Below are positions 47,700 to 60,892 of a stretch of 64,000 bases of DNA, one piece after another. The translations under genes were made by a program, and so were the position numbers. The stretch's first letter is position 1. Every line of letters starts with the position of its first letter. The notes beneath the pieces were generated by a model. That model saw only the letters and a program-made list of their open reading frames with translations. It ran no database searches and was not told where the DNA came from. This DNA comes from Raillietiella orientalis. Lineage: Eukaryota. The DNA lies in NCBI GenBank assembly GCA_036172245.1, contig JAYWIR010000041.1, forward strand, positions 496,001-560,000, written 5' to 3'.

Positions 47700-50600
47700 T
47701 TGATGTTTTTCCTTTTTTTGTTTTTGCACCCAGGGGACTATCCATTTTGCTGCTCTTCCGAAGACACAGACAGAGCGATCACTTGGAAAGGAACTTTTTC
47801 CAGAGGGATGTCATGGTTACCCTATAGCGAGAGGGCGCGGAGAATTTTCTCATTGCGACAACACATCGTAAAGATCTTCCCCGTACAATCTGAAGGAGTT
47901 CAAGCTGGCTTGCTTGAAGCCACACATCAGATTAATGGATCATGTGCGTCACGCAAAGAGAGCGTCGTTTCGTAGCTGCCGCTCTGCTCAACAGAAAACA
48001 CTTCGTGTTTTCTTCCGTCCGGAGTCCCTTTGTGTTGCGATTGAGTGGTGCTCCAAGAGGCACATGCAAATTTTTTTTTTGGTTGCGTCCGTATCGGACA
48101 GATTCTGCGAGTTCTCAGAAGAAATTTGGTTGCGCCCAGCAAGCGTTCTCGTTCATGAGAGCGTGTCTGCTAATTAATCTTCCACCTCTCTGTAGCAACT
48201 GGCTTACGTTCTCTGCTCCAGCTCCAGTTCCGGATTGTCTCCTCACTTGAAACCAGCGATTTCTTAGAGTACCGGAGAGAAGATTTTGCACCACTCAGGA
48301 ATGCCTGAGCAGCCTCACCTTCCAGTTTCTGAACGATCGCTGATGGAAAGAAGGAAAAAATAAAAGCCCTGATTTCACACACTCAATTCAGAACTTTGTG
48401 TGTGTGTGTGTTTTGTCTGATTAAATGCCGAAGCCGTGCCATTCCTAGAGCTAATTTTTCAACCCATTCCATTCCCTTTTTCCTACTATTCGAGAGGATT
48501 TTTTCAGAACCACGGAAAACTTTTCAGAATGGAAACAAAGATGGATACTTTAATTTTAAGTGCTATTTTAATCCATGGTATAATCTTTGAGGAGACCAGA
48601 GCGCGGGTGGCAAACATGGTCATCTCTAGGAAATGATTTACCAGGTAGGAGATCGATTTTCTGTTCCCGAGTTAGGGAAGTCATTCATTTTCACATTGGA
48701 CTTCGTCTGGATGAAGTTCAAGGAAATCCATTCAAGTAAATGGAATTCATAAAATGGATCAATCAGATGAAATGAGTTGCCTTCCTGCATCCCTTTTCTG
48801 TTCAAAATACAAATGTTCTGTTCTCCAAGTGTAAACGATGACTGAGACTGTTGGGATGATTAATGACTGTTTCTCGAATGAACCATCTCATGTTGGGTTA
48901 CCAACATTTTTCCACATCCAGTCTGCAACAGAAGGTGTTTTTCTTTCTTTCCTGACCAATCGCTTTCTGGCATGATTTCAGTGTTCGGGAAGCAGACGCA
49001 GTCCTTCCCTGTGTAGAAGTTCCCTATTTCCCTATGTCCTGAAAGCTTCGGCCGCCTTTCCCTGTTTTCTGTAGCGGCATGCCACCGCAGACGCCACATT
49101 CAATGCGATGGATAGCGCTAATTATTTTTTTACCTAACGTGCAAGTTTTTCTTCAGACTTCTTTACCATAAGGATAAACAGAAGTTCTGTTTAAACTCGC
49201 GATTAATTTCCTGAGGACGAAATTATTCCTTGGTCTGATTACTAGTTGTCGATGTTTCGTAGGGGGAAAAAAAAAAACAACTCGATTTTTAAGGAGAACG
49301 CGAGATGCGTAACGATTAATGTTCTTTACACAGAATAAGAAGTGTCTCCGCGTTTTTATCCAAGTTTTTTGGTCACTACATCATCACCGACATCCAACTC
49401 AGCAACCCTATAATGCGTTACAGATATTGCATGGCTTCTGACAACGAGCGCAGTTTGAATGCGAAACTCTTCAGATGTTGAAGAAACGCCTTCCCTCCGT
49501 GTTTAGAATTCGCAATAGCCAGAGGAAGGCTGGCCATCTGCGAGAAAAAAATGAAGAGTCACTTCGTCCACATCGCGCACGATCTAATGGCACCATCGAA
49601 TCGTTTGCTAGTCTGCTCACACGTTGTGTTCGATAATTCCTGTGTTTGTATACCGGGAAAACTGGCTGGGTGTCTTCTGTTTCAAAATGCAAAAGAATTT
49701 ATACGTACAGGTGCACACCCTCGTGAGCCTCTGAGATGAGTGGAATTGGCGTCAGTGAGAAATCACTGACGCTAACTCCATGCAAACACGATATGGGCTT
49801 ACCTCGTGTCCGTAACTTTCGTGGAAAATTCCAGTACACTGATAGGTGTGTAATTCGAATGTTTGGGAACCCTTTCATCTCATGTACAGACCCATAAGCG
49901 TCCCAGCAAGGCATCCAAGCACTCATGTGACCTTTTTAGCGTGACCCCTAAAACTAAATCTTGCTAGTTCGCTTTTGGTTCCTTCCTCTCCTTCCAAAGC
50001 AACGAGCGCAGAGTCCATGCCGAATTCTTCCAGTGTTGCGTGTTGCATATCTCGACAAAGAGTTTACGTGCACAGCGTCATCTGAAGCATCCTCCGCGCT
50101 CATTCATCAGTCAACATCCAGTGCAGTTCAGACCGGAATTTGAACCATAATCCGAAGCATACTGGAAAGCCAAAATTCAGCAGCCAAGATTGAAATGCGC
50201 GATTCCAAATCTGAAAGCATGCTTACCTTTCAGGTGTATGTGGCTCGACGGCTAATCTGTGGCTGAAGCCCGTCGGTTTCACGAACTACTCTTGAAAGGG
50301 GATAGACTGCGCACCATTCAGATTATGGGCATCCTGGTCTTCTCGTTCCCTCTTGCTCTTCTGTTCCTGGCAACTGGAAATCTTCAGTGCTCCTTCTTTC
50401 CGTTGATTCAACTCTGAAAATTGTTTACCTTCTCATAAGTTTCGGCCACTGTGGGTTCTTACCTCAAAGGTTTGCAGCCTCAAGAACTGAAACCGTTGCA
50501 ACGCTGTTTGAACAAGAAAATTCCCTCGTATGCTGATTCACACGAGATTTTTTTCCCCCCTTTTTCTTGTTTTTGCATTTCGGGCTTAGAAGAGATGGGA

Positions 50601-53600
50601 TCTCTTAGAGACGAACGATGAGAATGGAATATTTCTTATCGGTTCCATCGGTTGCTAGAGAATTGAAGGAAAATGGGGAAGGGCACTTTTTCATTATGAT
50701 GTGTTTCTTCCATCATCGCTGAACTTGTCGTAACCTATGATGCGGTCTTCTGGCTCGAAGATCAATTAGGGAGATAAGCGATCTCCCTGGAAAAAGACCG
50801 CGGTGATTCCTAAAGAGTCACGTTCGGATTTATTATGCTAACGAGCTACGTGTTCCTCTTATAAAAACCAATTTTTCGAATACACAGAATGTGACCACCC
50901 AATAAAAGGCGCCAGGCTTCCAGCGAGTGCATCCTGGGAACGGAAAATCTCGTATCTGCAAGCATTTTTTTCCCCCCCGGATTGTTGGAAGCACTTGATC
51001 TTCCTGAGGCGGAAGAGAGGCTGATCCGTTTCCTTGCCTAAGAGCAGGAATTGGTTTCCGCTGCTGCCTTGGAAGATAATTGTGAAATTAGTGATGGAAC
51101 AGGACGTCTCAAAGACATGATTCCTGGCTCGGCTGACACCATTTGACTTCCTGCAAGTCCGCCGCTTGCAGAGGCGCGGCAAGTGCTGTTGCCAGCAACG
51201 TGATGAGTAGCAACGTGCAGCGAATCGTGCAAGAAAAAAAAAAAAAAAAAAAAAAATATGTGATCCGAGTTTACCGTACGTGTTCTCGAGCTGGGAGCTC
51301 GCGTGCAGCGGGGGACGCGGGAATCTTCCCCATCGGAAAAAACCCATCATGGAAGTTTCGCCGAGTCTCCCTCGTCTTGCAGAGAAGCAGCGAGGAGAGA
51401 GAAAGGGTCCTTTCTGGGTAGCTCTCAGCGCACTCGTCCTCCTGGAACGAGATGAGAGATGCGCCATTAGCAGCCGATAAAGCACTGCTGCCCTTTACCC
51501 TCTTTCAGAAAGAGCCGTCAGCTGTAAGTCTTTTTTATGTTGTTTTTATTAAAATAATGCCTACAAAAGTTTTCCGAGGTGATCGCTCGAGAGCGAATTC
51601 CAGTTCGCTGGCTGAAGAGCCTTATGGCTTCTTTGCAGGTAGATGTATGGATGGACCACAGTTAAACATTGCTCTTAGCCCTTAGCTCCTCAGACACAAG
51701 GTTCCGTAACAAAACAGAAATGAAAAGAGCATGAGTAACTCAGTCCAGAAATAGGTAGAATAGGAGCCAGTCTAGGCCGGCAACGGACGGCCCCTCCGTG
51801 TTTTCAGAATCCCAGCGTTTCGGAATGAGGATGGGGGGGGGGGGGGAATGATGCAATAATAATAATAGTAATAAAACGAAAAATTTTCTTTTTCTCGTCT
51901 AAGTACTCTTCAAGGGTCGCGTCCCCTACCCTTCCGTAGGAAAAAATCGTCATCTGTCCATCATCTCGCGTTCGATGGTTCCCGTCTGGTTATTTGCTTG
52001 TTGCGAAACTTCGCTCGAGATGATTCCTAGGGCGGTGGCTTCACGATGGACCAAAATTGCTTTTTAATAGCAAAATCAGTTCTTTCCTTTCATCGTTTTT
52101 TTTTTTTTTTTTTAAAAGTCTGTGGACTGTTTATTGTACTGAAGTCCTGAAAGTCTGTACGACAGTTTTCGCTTGAGACTGGGCTTGCAGCACACCCACA
52201 GATCGATCTCATAATGAGCTTCCCTTAATTTTCACGTGGTTGCCAAAAAGTAACATGTAAACAACACCTGTCACATCATGAACCCCGGGTCATCCGACAA
52301 GTTTGTTTCAGTTCGTAATCTCTCTGCATTGTGTTTGTGTCTACTTATGAAATCTTCCGTCGCAACGATGCTCGCAAAGGCTCATAAATTATTATTTTTT
52401 TTCATGCTTACACTAACATGTACTGGTTGTCAGCATGATACCCATTTGGTATTATTCATCTGCAGCTTTATGCGTCTCCGCAAGGGTATCCCGCGATGCA
52501 CCCTTGCCCTTCTCTCCAGGTTGAAAAATCTTTGTCAAGTTCAGGTAATGAAGGCTTTTTTCAGGGTTGATATTTTATCTCTTTCAATAGAAATCATCAC
52601 CGATGTATCCAAGCTTTTAGTCCATTCTATTTAACGAATACTCGGTTGCATTCTTCTAGAACAATTGGTTTCGCAGAGGAAACACTCTAAGGTCAAGGAC
52701 CACAGATCTTGAATTTGCTTGCTGTTGCCTAGAAACTAGGGTGCTTCATTCGGAAATGGTGTTTCTCATAGTGCTGAAAGGACAGTGGATTTTCCTGTAC
52801 GTGTGTACCACAGAAGTAGAAGACAACCGTCCGAATGGCACTTCCTAAAGTGTTCTTGTTAAGTGCTATCAAGGATGAGTGAGCGCTTGCTCTCACGTGA
52901 CACGGAACAAATATGTTTGCATTCCTTTTACAAACAGAGCGGCGTACCATGTCAAGAGCAGTTTCCGATAGTGAAAACGTACATAAAATGAAGCCGACCC
53001 AGCATCTAATGAGTCCCCCCGTCAAGAACGGGATCCCCTTCCGTCAACTGAAACCAGGATATAATAAAAAGGTCATTCGAAAGGGACTTCATTAAACCTC
53101 ATTCCGTGGTTCCCTAATTCAGCCATCAGCATCATTATAAGCACGTTTTCCGTAGCTGAGAAAATACTGTACGCGAATGTGTACGCACTCGTCGTCCTTA
53201 CCCAGAATCTCTTTTCCGATATAACCTCTTTCCAACAGTTAAGCGAACCTTTGATTAGACTCGAGTTAGCAAGGCAGTTGATGAAAACCTCTGACGTCAT
53301 GAGACTGGAAGAAATTCTCTGGTGTTCTCGCTGAATGATTCAACGGGCTGAGGTTGTTTTTTTGTTTGTTGCTGATAATTCTTTCCTCTCTCTCTCTCTC
53401 TCTCTCCCCGTAATCCCAATTTTATAACAAGCACAGATTCTCACCGAAGAAGTTGGGCTCGGACTTCTGAAGTAATTCTGGGGCTTTGTGAAGAATCATT
53501 CCGTGATGATATGAAGTGAACCATAATAATATGACTTCTCTCCTAATGATGGGCTTCCTTACATGCTATTGATCTACAGTTTCCTAAACGCAAAATAAGA

Positions 53601-56250
53601 TCAACGTTGTGGACGCTCACGCAAAGTAACAATAATCTGTATTTCAAAATTCGATGCAATTGCCTGCAGAGGGCAATTTATTCAATGGCAGGGGAAGCTT
53701 GAACACAAATCCATGTCAACTAGTGTCACGCCAATGATCTAGGGTGTGCTTTACGGTCTTTGGGAAAGGTTTTGTCACTTTGCTTGGTTTTTTGGAAAAG
53801 GAAGAACTCGAGATCTTTTTTCAGATGATACGGAATCTTGAAGGCGTCCCCTCCTCTTCCTGGGTAATGCTTCCCGACCGTCTCGGGTTCTGTTTCAGGT
53901 TCTTGTCCGTGCTGGTAATCACTTGATCGAATTCGTAAAAGTCCTCCTCCCTTCTTGAAAGTGGGGGGAAGGGGGGGAGAGGGAAACAAACAAACAAACA
54001 AGAGTGCTCGTGAGTACTCTCCACTTATGTGGCGATCGCAAACTCAAGTTTTCCAAGCACTGCAGACTTTGCTTGGACAGCGGCTCTTCGCCGAGCGAAG
54101 CGAACATTTCCGATGCCGAAGAATCGGCTCCCACAACTCCTTTCCGCAAAATCTCCAAGAGTCGGAACCTTCGCTTTGATTCTGACACCTTATCCTCCAA
54201 GCAGCTGGCATCCCGCGATGCCTGTGGCTGCATTTCAACGAATCTCATTAAACCTGGGCAAATGGAACGAATTTACATACGAACTGCTTCGAGAACGCCT
54301 ATAACAGAAAGTAATCATTTTGTGTAAAGTCCTTCGCGTTCCCACAGTCTCGCGAGCAGAGTGGTGTTCTCTTTGTTCATTCGTGTCCACTTTCCGAATT
54401 CCCTCGACCAGCCGACAGCAAAATCAGGCAGAGCGTGGAATGCTCATATTCGTCGGTGTCCGAGCCATTCCTCCTCAACTTTTACCCTCGGCATATGCTT
54501 AAAGCCATTCCCGGCAAGCCATACAATCGTCATTACACACTTTGATTGGAAATTCGGCGCAAGCCGACTGCGAAAATTATTATGCACTGAAGTGCACATT
54601 GAATTAGATCGATCGAATGGTCAGTGGTCGATTCCTGTGGAGAGCGATGCTCGACGGATCCCTCGCTTCGAGGTGGGAAGCGATGGAACATGGGAGAGGA
54701 AAGGCGGACCACTCTGACGGGAAAACGTCTGCGGTTGAGCCGAGCGTTTCGAAATCGCACTTTGATCGATGTCTTCGTGGTCGCGGAGGTCGGCAAAATG
54801 GTCTCATTTTTCCGGGTGCGAAGAGTTCCTCCCGCAGCTGAACGCACACGCACAAAAGCTGTACGCGGACTCCCGATATACGAAGGCCTGAAAGTCCATC
54901 GTCATGAAGCGTTTGCTTTCAGAATGTACAAAACTGGATTTGAATTGATGATGATGATGATGATGATGTGTGTGTGTGTTTCACTCCCGAATCTCTACCT
55001 TGCATTGCGGTAATTCTCAGATCATGCAAAATGGACCGGGCTGATGGAGTTAGCGCGTAGTTCAACGGACACATTCCAAATGATTCCTCCTCTCTGAGTG
55101 AAGCAAAATCTCTGTTTCCGAGTCCCTGCTTGTCACGACTTGTCTTCGTGCCTTGTTTGTCGCGTCTCGGCTGTGTGTGTTTTTCACTTCGAGATGCACG
55201 GTCCGGGGCAGTGATCAGGCTGTCGGGAGCTGTACCTCGAAACTAATGAAATCTTGTACTTCGTCATTGTCATATTAGTGCAGGAACGTGTTCTCGATAG
55301 CTGCTCCATTATGTGCTAAACTGTCGGATGAAGTTTTTTCCCGGTGATGGCACCTTTTGACTCGCTCCCTCAATTATCGTTGTTGGACATTCCATCAGTT
55401 CTTTCCTCTTCTGAGTTTTCGGCTGTGAGAGAATGGAATCATAGCAAGATCGCTCCAAGAGGCATCGTCTTTCTTCGGGTGCTCCTTGGCCATCGAACCC
55501 ATGGAGCTGGTACGTCGAATTGGATTCTCTCAAATGAGGAGTTGGATCAAATGAAGTGAAGCTTTGCAGCTGCCTCCTTTCATCTCTCTCCCATGAGAAA
55601 ATTTTAACGTTGTTCTCTTCTGTTTCGTTTTCCTCTCTCTCCATCCGAAGCTACACTGCTCTTTTTTGCCTGAACTCTGTACTTTTTCTTGATTATTTTT
55701 TAATAGCCGTCTCTGAGCTACCAATAAAGCCTTGCCAGCGTTCTCAACGAACCTCTCTGTATGATTTAAGCTATTTGCAAATGTTCACAGCGTGAAGCAG
55801 ATTTTCGTGCCACCTGAAAGCATTTGAGAGAGATAGGAGAGATAGTTGGATGTAGCAAAGATACGCTTGCAAGAAATGTACAAAAAACTCTCGAGCAGGG
55901 AAAGGTGGAATTCTGGAGAAGCCAGGAAAAAGATCCGTGCGCCAGTTTCGCGGCAAAACGTGATCCATCCTTTCAAGATGTTTGTCAGATGGTTCGATTC
56001 GAAAGGAGCGCGGGACTCTTGTTTACCTTCAGATTGCCGACTCTTATGGGAGAAGTTTCCGAGATTGGGTGGGACGAATGCTGGCACGTACCAACGCAGA
56101 GGAGAAGCACACTTCAAAGTAAGAATTCCACTTCTTCATCTGGAATGCCCATGCAGGCTGAAGGCCGCACTCAAAGAGGTGACAAATTCCACGTGACGCT
56201 CTGTGTGAGTGAATCAACGCAGTAATCAAAGCAAACGGCTGAACTTTCTC
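47700..56250 (-). pseudogene. Large degenerate DUF4116-like repeat array (possibly several adjacent copies)
   Basis: Fragments include LAFQYASD (50173-50150), DAVHVNSLSRYAT, SSLRYSKKSLVSSEETI, LHASSQLEN, VQENPLSFQHY, GDAFKIPYHLKKDLEFFL (53851-53798) and RIFFLASPEF. Confidence 0.7.
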
Positions 56251-56449
56251 CTTTCGGACGATTAAAAGCGTGGAATTGGAGAAGCTGATTTTCAGTTTCG
56301 GATAGATGATGCTGGAGGAACGGTGCTCTGAAACAAAAGTCGACCCAAATAACGACAAAACAGTAAAGGAGAAGAACCACTACGTCACTCATTCACATGC
56401 AGGGATTTCGTGATTCGAATCGACTTTTATTCAACCACATACACACATG

Positions 56450-57240
56450 GCCGATATATATTTCATTTTGATTGCTATTATTTCGAGACAGACCTAGTCG
56501 CCACTTGCCAAATTGTGAAAAAATCGGGTATTGATCCAGCATCAATTTTCCCTGTGGACCAAGTGAAAGCCATCATTTTGCACTTGACCTGTCAAAATGG
56601 TGGAACAATTGCATCCTTACTGAGCATGCTTAGGGACCTGCTAAATGAAATGACTAATGCTTGTATCATTATTCAATGGCAATTCTTCAAATACGTAACA
56701 GCAGTGGAGAAAATAAGCAAGTTTTTATGTCTGATGTTCTGACTTCTTTTGTATGCTTGTATGAGCTTACTATATAAAAGGGACATGGAAAGCAGCAGCT
56801 TAGTGAAATCTTAGAGAAGTAAACCAATGTGCACTGTGTACATGACCAATTCAGGCCTGACCAAGAGGAACTTTTAATGATTTCTTCTTCCTGTGAAAGT
56901 TCGGTCTTTGATTTTTTTAAAATTGTTCTCGTTGGTTGCTTGTCTCATTCAGGGAGTTTCAAAAGGTCACCAGCTTTGGACATAATTTTAGAAATTGTTC
57001 CTGAAGCCACTCATCACCCACATTTGTTGGATATCCAGGTGCAGCCTTTACAAACTATCATGGAGTACTTTTGTTTGTCTGGGATGTTCAGTCATGGGAC
57101 TTTCCTTGTTACAGTTGCAGAATCTCATTCCAATCTTATTCATAATTTGTTCTATTTAGTAATGGGGGTATTGGATGAATTGTGGCAAGCAAGTCATACT
57201 TCATTATAATCCATTCATACTTCATTTTTTTAGTGGGTTC
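56450..57240 (-). mobile_element. Highly decayed Ty3/Gypsy integrase C-terminal remnant
   Basis: AT-rich block. In order: WIIMKYDL, QIMNKIG...PMT, KVLHDSL*R..DIQQMW, FRNN...PFE, AVTY..ELP, FHLVH. This matches integrase core, SH3-like and chromo-like order. Confidence 0.4.
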
Positions 57241-57299
57241 CCAGGTGGCACCTGGAATGCAGGAATGTTGGTTTTCGGTGGGCTTCTCGGATGCTTGCG

Positions 57300-57950
57300 C
57301 TGTTTGAGAAGCTGTGAACAAGTACAGCGATGGAAGTTGCAAATTCAGCAATTCCCTCTATCGAGGAAGCATTCCCGATTATAAAAATTTCAGTCCTCTA
57401 ACTCACAGGCAGCACGGCTTTTTGCCTTCTATCTCTTTTTCAGCTTTCCACATTGTGATTCGATGCGTTCTTCTGCCTGGTGAGATTCCGATGGAAAAAC
57501 ACCGTAGGAATGCTCCACCGAGGTGAGAGAACACGTCTCGGAGTCCTTGCTGTCCTTTTTTTTTTTGAGTTGTTGTACCTTTGAAAGGCATTACTATTTG
57601 TCCTCGAACGACTTGACGCAGTCTCATACATCATGAATTTCATTACGTATGGGACTGCGTCAGATTTCATAATGGGCAATTTTTTCCATTGAGGAATTTC
57701 CAAAGGCAAGAAGGCAGCAAGAACGTAGTGATGGAATCGGAAGATGTCCCGCGACAGTTGGCAAATATTTTACAGAGCCTGGGAAGCGAAGATACAAGAA
57801 GCCTTCTGTTTCATTGCTCCTTTGAAGAGCTTGGAAGGATCTGCGTTGGGGAAATCGTGCATTTGGGGGTTATAGCCGCATCTATGGTGTTTCTTAAACA
57901 ACTGCTCGTGTTTGGCGTTTTTTTTTTTTTTTTGTTTGTTGCCTAATCAT
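57300..57950 (-). pseudogene. DUF4116-like repeat remnant
   Basis: LFKGAMKQKASCIFASQAL*N (~57765-57830) fits AVKQNG.AL.YAS..L.N. Confidence 0.55.
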
Positions 57951-58949
57951 CCTTCAGGTAACTGCTCGTATCTTGAAATTGGATGCAGCTTTTAAGATGA
58001 AAAATGAGTGCCAAGGAAATGGAGTTTCTCCTCTGTACTTTTACTTTTTCCTTTTTGCAGCCACTCTTCTTATTTTCCCTCTTTTGTTCACGGATGAAAA
58101 AAAAAAAAAAAACTCTCTTGTTTTCATCTCCTGAGGATAATCCCACGGCTGTGCCAACATAAGCAAAAATAAACAAAAAGTCTCCAGGAAAACGCATTTT
58201 TTTTTTTTTTTTTTTGCCTTTCTCTCTTTCTCCCTCCGTAACGAGATCAGTCTGGAGAACACTGGGAACATTTTCCCTTCCGTGTGTGCGTGTGTGTGCG
58301 TGCGCGCGCGCAGGTATGTGTTTCCAGAGAAAGGAGCGCCAGGACGAACGGGCGCGGTGAAAGCGCGAGTGCGGAACCACACGCGGCCAATGAAAATAGC
58401 CGCCACTTAAACGCAATTGCGAGAGCGCGCGCCTGCGCTTCACTAGCGGCGCGAACCGCTTGTGCGTCAGCGCTCCTAGCGCGGCGCGGTGTCAACAGAG
58501 GGGAGCAGCGCGCATGCGTGCCGCGCTCCGAGTGCCCTGCCGGCGTGCACGCGGACCTGCGGTCACGCTCAAGCGACGAACAACACGGAGCGGGCAGCAG
58601 CAAGTGGTGGGCTTGCAGAAACCGCTCGCCTGCATTCACACTGAAGTCACCGCACGGTGAAGACTTCCTTCCTCGCATTCTTTTTTTTTTTTTGTTTTTT
58701 TTTTTGTTTCCTTCCCTTCTCTTTCCTTTCTTCCCCCCCCCCCCCTTTTTTTTTGTTTTTAGATAAACGTTGAAAATCGCGTGTGCCTTCTGTTCCCGAG
58801 TGACTTTAAGCAAATGGATGAATGAAAAAGCAAAACCAGAGAGGTCCCAGGCTCGCGTGAGTAGCAAAGAACATTTTTGTCTTCCGATAAGAACTGGGAA
58901 ACGCTTTACTAATAACAGATCAGGGTAAGCGATACGACTCTGAACACCT

Positions 58950-60000
58950 TTTTTCTTGCATGCAGTTTCCACACTGAGAGTTCCAAATAAAAGTTTCGCA
59001 TGTGTGCCCTTCCGAGTGTGCGATTAAGTCTCGCAAAAGAGGCTAGAAGAAGAAAGAGAAAGCGACTCGACAACTGGAAAACTGGGATGAACTCATGAAA
59101 GACTTCGTTTCCACGGAGACGAAGGAAAGAGACCTCAGTCCCTAGATGTGCGACATGCCGCAAATGTACATCTTGCTGTGCTCGTAGTGTTTTCGATGCG
59201 TGCCACATCCTTTCTTCCAAGCAGAGCAACGGAAGTTCAAGCGAGACCAGCCGAAACGGCAGCAGGAGAATAAGAAAAATAAAACGAGTGCGTATCTAAA
59301 GAGGGACGAGCCGGCTTCCGGTACGAGGAACAGTGTGGGATTCACTTCCGCCGCGTACGGCTTTCGGAAACTCCGAAGTCCCTGCAAGTATGAGGAACCA
59401 GGCTCGCCAACGGGCGGGAGAAGCAGCGCGGAAGAGTTCAAGCCTGGTGTGGGAAGATGGCCGTGCAAGACCCACAGCAGCCGCCGAGATCACGAGAGCG
59501 TTCCAGCAGGATCTGATCGTGACTGGGAACACTTGCTCTGGGTCTCTCCGGGACGTGTCCCTACGTCTCTCGTCTCGGAGAAGCCTTCGTACCGTGGTCC
59601 TCCGCCGGAAGCTCATCAGGAAGGCGGCTGAAGGGAACACCGAATTCCGACCCGATGGGGAGTGGGGAACAGGCAAAGAGATGGAAGACAAAAGCCGTGC
59701 TGCCTCTGAGGTGGAGGACTGACATTTTTATGGCCGGAAATGCTTCCTCAATTGAGGGAATTCGGGGATTGCCGGGGCGGGATCTGTTGGATCAAAAGTC
59801 CAACGTGCGATTATTCCAAATGAACTTTCCTGCAAGAGCACATTTGAAATCATTTAGAACTCACCGTGGGGTGAGGCATTTGCATGGCATTCGACACTTT
59901 CGACATTCTGTTCAAGTGGTCATTCTGTTTGTTTCTCACCAGCAGACCTCATGTATAAAGCGCTTTCCCGATGGCTCTTGCAGATATTGGCCCTCCCGTT
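58950..60000 (+). mobile_element. LINE APE remnant
   Basis: DFVSTETK (DxxxxQETK) at 59101, a GDFN-like position near 59335, then QDLIVTG (RID) and RTVVL (SDHxxV). Confidence 0.5.
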
Positions 60001-60099
60001 GTCAATGACTCATACAATACGGAAATGTACAAAACAACAACACCTGAACATCTCCCGAGTTCGGTAAACCAAAACAAAGAAACACGGAGGAAAGCAAAA

Positions 60100-60880
60100 T
60101 AAAGAGTTTACCGATTGCAAGCAAATAGTTGTACACTTTCTAATACTCTCGACTGAGAACGTGTGTCGGAAACTGGGGATCAGAAGAACATCGCTCAGTC
60201 GTATGCGTCCTCACCATGTGTTTTCGTCTTTCTTTTGGGCCATCATCATCATTTACTCTCTCTGCCATCACCTTACTTTTTCCACCACTCGCGTACACAC
60301 AGAAAGGGAATAAGGTACACCTTCGAAAACACGGCTTCCTCGCATTCAGCGCAGGGGGAAAACACAGCACGAAAAGTACAAGTTCCGGTTCCGGTTCCGG
60401 GACGAACGCATGTGGCGGGAAAGGTGCATTGTGGGTAAACTCAGTGACGGACGCCTTCGATTGGTTTGCGGAAGTATTGTTGAGTCGCATTCCTCAAGTG
60501 CAGTTTCCCTCTCCCATGCCCTGCTGGAAGCTGCTTCATCTTGGACATTTTCGTCTGCGACTGCTTTGTTACTAAAAGTATTTGCAATACCATTTGTAAT
60601 AACAAAAAATTCTGTTAACGTTCGTTGCTACTGTTATTATTGCCATGATTCTTGACGAAAGTTAACCCATACTGAATGTCGGACCCAGTACTTGAGACTT
60701 GCCAGTTTTTTTCGAAATGAAATTAGAAAACCTTCCTTTACTTTCTTTGGAGCCCAATTCCAGTCCGCCGAGTTCTTCTTCATTCTCTCTGGAGTCCTCC
60801 TCGGTGTCAGCTCTTCGGGCAACTAGGCGGACCACGGCACCTACGAGTATGATGAGCGCCTCAAACAGCACTTCAGCACA
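60100..60880 (-). pseudogene. DUF4116-like repeat remnant
   Basis: Fragments LELGSKESKG, LASLKY, PELVLFVL and CVYASGGKSKVM. Confidence 0.35.
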
Positions 60881-60892
60881 TTACATTGCGGC

